From: Patescibacteria group bacterium
GTDB taxonomy: Bacteria > Patescibacteriota > Minisyncoccia > Phycocordibacterales > UBA9973
Direction: 5' to 3'
Length of the DNA: 64,000 nt
NCBI GenBank assembly: GCA_030916965.1
Contig: JAUPVQ010000012.1
Location: 776 to 64,775 of the forward strand
The notes under the pieces are model-generated. The model saw nothing but the letters and a program-made list of their open reading frames with translations. It made no database searches and had not been told where the DNA came from. How positions within the stretch are numbered: position 1 is the stretch's first letter; every line of letters starts with the position of its first letter. This document shows, piece after piece, positions 57,573-64,000 of the stretch. A program made the position numbers and the translations under genes.

Positions 57573-58921
57573 TAATACGCCATTATACTAAAGTCGACTA
57601 AGTTAATTTTGCTATCACCATTTAGCTTAAGCTTCTCTAAAGCAAGTGTTTGAGTATTCAACACTTTCTTATACCAAAATGCAGCGATAGAAAAGTCTAC
57701 TAAATTCACTTTGCAATCATTATTTAAGTCACCTTTTTGTGGACACTTTTTATCAACTGGGGCTATGTTTTCAGATCCAACAGAAAAATTATACCCATTA
57801 CTATACCCACTAATTTCTCCTCCAGATGCAACTTTTGATTTTGCATTATGTCCCCCAACCTCCAGCACTGACGTATCCATTGTATGAAGATATACTCCAT
57901 TTTTATCAGAATTTACTTTTCTAAATATTTCTTCGTTTGAGTGAACAGCAATTGTCACTTCACTTTCGGGAACTGCCTGTCCAAAAAATGTAATATTATC
58001 GCCCTTTTTGACTGTGCTTTTATCACCGGTTAGTGTCGGTGACAGGAATATTCCTCCTACATTTATTGTTACACCTTCAGTGATTGTTATGGGAAAAGAT
58101 TGAAGGACTGATTTGATGCCATTTTTATCTGAAGAGTATACGCTGAAAACATATACCCCAGCGCTTGCACCATTGATTTGAATATTAAAATTTGCATCAG
58201 ATCCCGAGACTGTACTTGCGACGGTCTGACCATCCTTCAAAAGTGTTACAGGGCTCAGTGGGTATGCCTTACCGAAAATAATTACCTTTGTGTTCGGTGT
58301 TCCTCCGCCACCCCCTCCTCCACCGCCGCCTCCTCCGCCTCCACCACCACCGCCTCCTCCTCCAGATGCTGCGGGTGTTGAACTAACAATCGCAGATTCA
58401 TTCAATAGAAATCCTGCGGCATATGAGCGAATTTTGAAATAGTATGTTGTGCCATTTGTAAGACTTGTTTGTATAGAGGTTAATACATTACCAACATTAC
58501 TGTAAGTATATGTGCCTCCAGATGATGTGCTAATACCCACTTCATAACTTGTAACATTTGCAAATATACCAGTTGATGCTGTCCAATTGAGAGTCACTTG
58601 AGTATCACCAGCCGTTGCAGATACAACAGGCGAACTTGCTGTAGGGAAATAAAGGAAACCAGCATTTTGAGCGAAGTTGGAACTAGTACTTTGGCCTTGT
58701 GTGATCTGACTTGTACTTGATAAATACTGAAAGCTCGATGAAGATGCCTGTCCTCCTGATATAACTGCAGTTGATGGATTCTCGAGATTAAAGCTTGTAC
58801 TTGAAAATGCAGATGCAAAAGAAAAAAACACCAATCCAAAAAATAGAATCAGGGAAGTTTTAAAAACAAAAATTCCGTTAATCTTATTTTTTTTCTGGTG
58901 TTTTTTCTTGAACGTTTTCAT
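57560..58921 (-). CDS. Secreted multidomain protein with an Fn3-like domain, a Gly22 linker, Ig-like domains and a C-terminal dockerin-like domain
   Basis: Signal peptide. Fn3-like QVTLNWTAS...TSYEVGIS...TTYYFKIRSYA. 22 consecutive Gly. C-terminal duplicated Ca-loop segments GDLNNDCKVNLVDFSIAAFW and LNGDSKINLVDFSIMAYYW. Confidence 0.65.
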   Translation of the reverse strand: MKTFKKKHQKKNKINGIFVFKTSLILFFGLVFFSFASAFSSTSFNLENPSTAVISGGQASSSSFQYLSSTSQITQGQSTSSNFAQNAGFLYFPTASSPVVSATAGDTQVTLNWTASTGIFANVTSYEVGISTSSGGTYTYSNVGNVLTSIQTSLTNGTTYYFKIRSYAAGFLLNESAIVSSTPAASGGGGGGGGGGGGGGGGGGGGGTPNTKVIIFGKAYPLSPVTLLKDGQTVASTVSGSDANFNIQINGASAGVYVFSVYSSDKNGIKSVLQSFPITITEGVTINVGGIFLSPTLTGDKSTVKKGDNITFFGQAVPESEVTIAVHSNEEIFRKVNSDKNGVYLHTMDTSVLEVGGHNAKSKVASGGEISGYSNGYNFSVGSENIAPVDKKCPQKGDLNNDCKVNLVDFSIAAFWYKKVLNTQTLALEKLKLNGDSKINLVDFSIMAYYWTG

Positions 58922-59005
58922 CTATATCTAAATTATACCCCGTAGTGAGATTTCTCACAAATTCTACTACCGGGTATATAGATGAGTACCCGCTCTCCAA
59001 TGTAA

Positions 59006-59443
59006 TTACTGAGCCTTCGCAGGAGTTGTTGTTGTTTTTGCTGCTGGTGCTGCTGCTGGTGGAGTAACTGATTTTGCATCACCAATATTTAGTGGTGCAA
59101 CATCTAGAATCTTGTTCATTCCTACACTGTATAGTATTGCTTTTTTTGCTTGTGCGTAGATTAGAACTTTGTCACCCTTTACAGCATTTGCGAAGAAGAC
59201 TTGATCCTTCAATGCCTCAGGATCTGACACTGTTGCTACAGTTGGTGTCTCCTCTGTTGGTAGTACTACCAATTTACCAACCTTCACTACAAGCGCTTCT
59301 ACTTCTTGTTGCGCTGCTATATTTGGATCCTTTTTAAGATCGCGCACTTGCTTATAAAAATAACCTGCAGCCAAGATTGCAATTATCGCAATTAATGGCA
59401 CTACAACTTGAACAAACTTCTTTTTTACAATATCATTTTCCAT
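59006..59443 (-). CDS. Hypothetical N-terminally membrane-anchored protein (145 aa) with an Ala/Pro/Thr-rich C-terminal tail
   Basis: TM helix VVPLIAIIAILAAGYFY, then a small domain. C-terminus PPAAAPAAKTTTTPAKAQ. Confidence 0.45.
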   Translation of the reverse strand: MENDIVKKKFVQVVVPLIAIIAILAAGYFYKQVRDLKKDPNIAAQQEVEALVVKVGKLVVLPTEETPTVATVSDPEALKDQVFFANAVKGDKVLIYAQAKKAILYSVGMNKILDVAPLNIGDAKSVTPPAAAPAAKTTTTPAKAQ

Positions 59444-59555
59444 ATATAAAAATATAATAAACTAATAATAAATAGACACTATTAAACACACATCTATACG
59501 TACTATTGTATAACAAACATATTTACTATGCAAGAGAATGAGGAAAATATATTTT

Positions 59556-62500
59556 TTAAAAAAATCTAAATAAATTCCCAAATAAATTCCTAAATGATTG
59601 TCTGAAATTTATAGAACCCGCAGATGCAAGCATTGATCGTGTATAAGAGAACCCTAGGTCTCCTCCTCCACCTCCTCCTTGGCCTCCATTACCTGCACAT
59701 CTACCCCCAGAGTCTACTCCAGTCTCATCACCATTTTGTATACTATCTGCACAAGTACCTACATCTCCACTACCTTCACCACCTGCTCCTCCACTGCCAC
59801 CATCCACTCCTCCTCCAGTAACTCCGCCTTGTGGTGTTGCAGATGATTCGACAGATCCACCAGACCCGCCGCCACGTGATCCAACAAAGAATACCCATCC
59901 ACAGTTATGGTTAACATCAATACTTGTTCCATCACTTGCAATCCAACTTGCACCTCCAGAAGCACAGCTATCCTCAATAGAGATATACGAAACTGTGTTT
60001 GTGCCACTACTATCTACCAAATACCAATATAAACTCGGGATAGAGCTCTTTAAGCTAATGCGTGAACTAGCATTTGTATCTAGCGTCAGAGAACTTATTG
60101 TAGTAGTAGTACCTTCTGTGAAATTAATATCATGTGCACCAGTTCCATCATCTTTGAAATCATTAAATGTATTACTTCCTGTTATAGTATAGCTTCCTGT
60201 CCCCGTACTTGGTGCAAGCCAAATATTATTGTATGTACCACCGCCGAGAGCTAATGTTTTGGCATTTGAAGATGAATCTGTAAATTTAATTGTTGAGGTA
60301 TTTGCTGTATATGTACCTGAATTTGTAAATACATTTCCAATACCAGACAATGTTAAAGTGTAACTACTTCCATCTAGTGTGCTTGAGGCACCTATTGTTA
60401 GATTGCTTGCTGTTGTGTCACCGCCAAGTGTTTTTGTTCCAGCACCTGATGTGTTCAAATTTGCATATGTTATCGCTTCATCAACAGTCTGAGTACCTGC
60501 TAATGCATAGTCTACTGTGGAACCAGAGTCCATAGTACGAGTTTCAAAGCTTGGATAAGTTCCTGCAAAAGTAGAATGCTGAACTTTAATCGTTGCGCCG
60601 CTGCTTACAGTTAATGTATTGGTTCCACTACCTGTTGCTGTAAAGCTCGTTGTTGGGTCAAAAGTTCCAGCCGATATTGTCAGGCCATTTGTTACTGTCA
60701 AATTCTCACCTAGAGATTTCGTGCCAGTACCACTCGATGTCAGATTGTAGAAGCTTGGATTTCCAGATGCTACAGTTGCACTACCATTACCTATCATATC
60801 AACATTTGAAGTCCCTGCAGTAAATGTACCACTTGATTTTGTAAACAATATTCCAGATGCTCCTGTCAAACTAACAATCGAAGCCTGTGGGGTAAACGTT
60901 CCTCCGTTTATAGTTATTGTTCCTGCCCAAACTGTATAATTATTTGCAGCTGTAGTATCAAATGTTCCAGCAGATATAGTTAGTGCTCCTGTTACAATCA
61001 GAGCTGCGTCCAAAGATTTTGTTCCAGCTGAATATGAGGTCAAATTATTAAATTCAGGTGATCCACTTGCTACTGTCACATTTTGGGTAGACGATGATGG
61101 TGCATAAGTATATACATACCCTGTATATGCTCCTCCTATAAATTTCACTCCATCAGCTGATGATGCCACGCTCTTCCAGTTGCGAGCACCCGCACTCGTT
61201 TGTTCTGTCCAATTAACTCCAGAATCAACAGACGTCATTACATAGTCTCCACTTGCTCCCGCAATCAATTTATTTCCATTATCAGACATTGCAATTGTTT
61301 CCCAATCATGAACTCCAGAATTTGTTTGTTGTGTCCAACTTGATCCTGAGTTTGCTGATGTATATATGTAGCCTGCATTGTTTACTGCAGCCAATTTTGT
61401 ACCATCACTCGATATTGCAACATCATACCAAAGACGTGAACCAGAAGCGCTACTTTGTGTACCCCAGCTTGCTCCAGAATCGGTTGATGTGTAGATATAC
61501 CCACTGTAAACTGTAGCAGCCAATTTTGTACCGTCAGCCGATGAAGCAACACTTGTCCAACCTGCAGTTCCCGAAGCATTACTTTGTGTGCCCCATGTCA
61601 CCCCACTGTCTGTTGATGTGTATATATAGTCACTATCTGCTGTTGCTACAAGCTTAGTGCCATCACTTGATGATGCAATTCCAGTCCAAGAGTGCTGTCC
61701 TGAAGAATTGCTGTTTGTTGTCCATGTTACCCCTCCATCACTTGATGTATATATATATCCATTATTTCCATCAGTGGCAGCAAGTTTTATTCCGTCTGTT
61801 GATGAGGTAATACTATTCCAAAAATGCGAACCAGAAGAATTGCTATTGGTACTCCATGTTGCACCATTATCTACTGATGTATAGATATATCCATTATAAA
61901 CTACAGCAGCCAATTTAGATCCATCAGCAGAAGATGCTACACTACGCCAATTGCGTGTACCAGACCCTGTCTGCTGTGTCCAAGAGCTTGCCCCACTTGC
62001 AAGATACACATTGGAAGTACCAGCATTAAATACCCCGTATCTACCTTTTGTAAATAATGTACCTGTTGTCTCGTTTAGGGTAATCGTTGAACCGTTTGCA
62101 GTCAATCCTGCAGTAGCAGTATTCGCAATATTTATTTTGCCAAAAATAATATCGTAGTTGTTTGCTGATGTTGTATCGAGTGTACCATCTGTGATTGTGA
62201 GAGTCCCTGCAGAATTACCAGTGATCGCTCCACCCAGAACATACGTCTCAGCGCTGTTGTTAATAGTCAGATGATAATAATTTGTACCTGCTACTGTGGT
62301 ATTGCCACCACTATTGTTACCAGTATAAGTAACTGTACCAAGATTTGGGGTAAATGTACCCGTAACGACAAATGGTGTCCCAGTTGTTCCTGAAAGTGTG
62401 GTATTAAATGTACTTGCATCAAGAGTACCTGCTGTAATCGTAAGTACTCCACTCACTGTTGTGTCTCCTCCTAGTGTTTTTGTGCCACTACCTGATGTAT

Positions 62501-64000
62501 TTAAATTTGAATATGAAAGAGTATTATCTATAGTTTGAGTTCCAGTAAGTGCATAATCTACAGTAGAGCCAGTACTGAGTGTGACTGTCTCAAAGCTTAT
62601 ATATGTCCCTGCAAAAGTTGAGTGTTGAGCTTTGACTGTACCGCTTGCGCCTACTGATAAGATATTTGTTCCACTACCTGTAAGAGTATATGAAGATGTT
62701 GGATCCAGAGTTCCTGCTGTAACCGTAGCATTACCATTGACTGTTGTACTTGCTCCAAGAGTCGCAGTTCCTGATCCATTTACGATCAGATGGTGATATG
62801 TTGTACCTTTTACGGTTTGAGCACTACCAGTATATTGGACAGTATTCGGGTTTGCAGTAGCAACAAGTGTGGTTATAGTAGGCACTGTTCCTGAAAATGT
62901 CAGGACTGCATCTGTACCTTGAGCAAGAGCTGTGACAGTTGTATTCGAACCAGAAAATGTTAAACCGTCCCCTGTAGTAATAGTATTTAACAGGGATGAA
63001 ATTGTAATACTTTGAGTCCCATCAATTGTCTGAGGATTTGTACTAAATGTATACACACTATAACCCGAAGTAAATGTACTTGTACTATTTACAGTCAAAC
63101 CTCCACGAAATTCATATGGGGCATTCCCCACTCCACCACTCCATGTTCCGCCATTATTCACAGTCACAGCACCAATAAATAGATTTGTTGCTGTAGGACT
63201 AGTATCTTGGAGTGTACCAGTGATTGAAGTAGTCCCTGTTACAGTCAGGTCATACATACTTGGATTAAATGTCCCTGCAGATATAATCAAATCACCACCA
63301 ACAACAATCGCCTCTCCAGAAGTTTTAGTTCCCGTACCGCTTGAAGTTAGACTATTAAAAGTAATTGCCCCAGAATTGACAGTCGCACTTCCATTCCCCG
63401 AAAGAACTACCGTCGAAGTGCCTGGTGTAAATGTTCCAGTTGCATGCTTAGTAAACAGTGTTCCACTTGTTCCCGATAGCGTAATTGTTGATCCATTGGC
63501 AGTCAATGTACCTGTTGAAGAAATGTCTAATGTTGTTCCAGAAAGTGCATAGTTTGTCCCGCTTGTTGTAAGTGTCCCATTTATAGTAATAGCCCCAAGC
63601 ACATTTGATGCTATATCCATGGTAATCACATCTCCAGCGCGGATAGTTGTTGTTGCTCCAGCCGTAGGCACTGACCCACAACTCCAAGTCCCTGCTGTAT
63701 TCCAGTTACCAGTTGTGACTTGAGAGGTACAAGTAATAGAAAATACCCATCCGCTACCAGCAGATGATGTTGACTGGTTATCTGTACTATTCACACCTCC
63801 ATTCCATGTTGCCCCTCCTGTCGCTACTGAGTGTTGAATATTTAAATAGTCAGAATTTACAATTCCTGATGCTTTTGAAAGTGTGTGTGTAGCTGTTGAA
63901 GTCGCTCCTGCTCCATTACCAGAATTGATTGTAATCAATGCTCCTGGGTTCCCAGATACTGTAAAGGTTGTGATAGTCTGCGTCGTACCTGCTGTAAATA
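59556..64000 (-). CDS. Giant surface protein (>1480 aa), partial: the N-terminus lies beyond the right edge of the window. Beta-helix-like Thr/Gly/Ser-rich repeats plus a BNR/Asp-box beta-propeller region.
   Basis: The reading frame is open to position 64000 (the track start at 63938 is an internal TTG). At least six Asp-box-like motifs (SVDNGATWS, SSDGGVTWT, STDSGVTWG, STDSGASWG, SANSGSSWT, SVDSGVNWT). ~100-aa internal repeats (TGSGTN.L.V..GA..K.QHSTFAGTY) also visible at the DNA level. Gly-rich C-terminus. Confidence 0.7.
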   Translation of the reverse strand, partial: FTAGTTQTITTFTVSGNPGALITINSGNGAGATSTATHTLSKASGIVNSDYLNIQHSVATGGATWNGGVNSTDNQSTSSAGSGWVFSITCTSQVTTGNWNTAGTWSCGSVPTAGATTTIRAGDVITMDIASNVLGAITINGTLTTSGTNYALSGTTLDISSTGTLTANGSTITLSGTSGTLFTKHATGTFTPGTSTVVLSGNGSATVNSGAITFNSLTSSGTGTKTSGEAIVVGGDLIISAGTFNPSMYDLTVTGTTSITGTLQDTSPTATNLFIGAVTVNNGGTWSGGVGNAPYEFRGGLTVNSTSTFTSGYSVYTFSTNPQTIDGTQSITISSLLNTITTGDGLTFSGSNTTVTALAQGTDAVLTFSGTVPTITTLVATANPNTVQYTGSAQTVKGTTYHHLIVNGSGTATLGASTTVNGNATVTAGTLDPTSSYTLTGSGTNILSVGASGTVKAQHSTFAGTYISFETVTLSTGSTVDYALTGTQTIDNTLSYSNLNTSGSGTKTLGGDTTVSGVLTITAGTLDASTFNTTLSGTTGTPFVVTGTFTPNLGTVTYTGNNSGGNTTVAGTNYYHLTINNSAETYVLGGAITGNSAGTLTITDGTLDTTSANNYDIIFGKINIANTATAGLTANGSTITLNETTGTLFTKGRYGVFNAGTSNVYLASGASSWTQQTGSGTRNWRSVASSADGSKLAAVVYNGYIYTSVDNGATWSTNSNSSGSHFWNSITSSTDGIKLAATDGNNGYIYTSSDGGVTWTTNSNSSGQHSWTGIASSSDGTKLVATADSDYIYTSTDSGVTWGTQSNASGTAGWTSVASSADGTKLAATVYSGYIYTSTDSGASWGTQSSASGSRLWYDVAISSDGTKLAAVNNAGYIYTSANSGSSWTQQTNSGVHDWETIAMSDNGNKLIAGASGDYVMTSVDSGVNWTEQTSAGARNWKSVASSADGVKFIGGAYTGYVYTYAPSSSTQNVTVASGSPEFNNLTSYSAGTKSLDAALIVTGALTISAGTFDTTAANNYTVWAGTITINGGTFTPQASIVSLTGASGILFTKSSGTFTAGTSNVDMIGNGSATVASGNPSFYNLTSSGTGTKSLGENLTVTNGLTISAGTFDPTTSFTATGSGTNTLTVSSGATIKVQHSTFAGTYPSFETRTMDSGSTVDYALAGTQTVDEAITYANLNTSGAGTKTLGGDTTASNLTIGASSTLDGSSYTLTLSGIGNVFTNSGTYTANTSTIKFTDSSSNAKTLALGGGTYNNIWLAPSTGTGSYTITGSNTFNDFKDDGTGAHDINFTEGTTTTISSLTLDTNASSRISLKSSIPSLYWYLVDSSGTNTVSYISIEDSCASGGASWIASDGTSIDVNHNCGWVFFVGSRGGGSGGSVESSATPQGGVTGGGVDGGSGGAGGEGSGDVGTCADSIQNGDETGVDSGGRCAGNGGQGGGGGGDLGFSYTRSMLASAGSINFRQSFRNLFGNLFRFF

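Noticed and set aside
1-64000. CRISPR arrays, toxin-antitoxin pairs, restriction-modification genes
   Set aside because: No regularly spaced direct repeats and no recognisable Cas, methyltransferase or TA-family motifs were seen. The only nuclease-family small protein (GIY-YIG, 57198..57470) looks like the common stand-alone UPF0213 type.

Overview
This 64-kb window comes from a low-GC bacterial chromosome of roughly 35-38% GC, judged by eye. It is housekeeping-rich and most consistent with a Patescibacteria/CPR-like lineage. No rpmD (uL30) lies between rpsE and rplO, the single rpsN is the Zn-ribbon type-Z form, there are several TTG starts, and there is a tRNA-Ile(UAU). From left to right: a partial P1B-type ATPase with a PCP motif; a cytoplasmic histidine kinase and a stand-alone receiver; recG; a metal-homeostasis-looking cluster (ZraP/Spy-like periplasmic protein, ECF sigma with a membrane partner, ZIP transporter); tRNA-Ile(UAU); ftsH; smpB immediately followed by tmRNA (ssrA). 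A 12-kb minus-strand de novo purine operon follows (purL-purQ-purF-purN-purD-[unknown HAD-like]-purE-purM-purC-purB). Next come a phosphohexomutase split by a frameshift in an A6 run; truB; infC-rpmI-rplT; NYN / beta-CASP / VanZ genes; ndk; a soluble 907-aa VirD4/TraG-like ATPase; and map-pyrH(archaeal type)-adk-secY. The spc/S10 ribosomal-protein cluster lacks rpmC and rpmD. It is interrupted between rpsS and rplB by a 6.5-kb insert carrying pyrE, pyrF, dgkA, a PG-binding protein and a duplicated small-membrane-protein module. After tuf there is a tandem set of three cohesin-like membrane-anchored proteins, a GIY-YIG protein, a dockerin-bearing secreted protein and a giant repeat-rich surface protein that runs off the window. 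Most notable: (i) the cohesin/dockerin-like surface module; (ii) two promoters with a poly-G tract (G8, G10) placed exactly in the -35/-10 spacer, which look like phase-variable contingency promoters; (iii) a conserved palindromic element repeated in the membrane-module insert; (iv) the split ribosomal operon. No CRISPR array, transposase or integrase was recognised.
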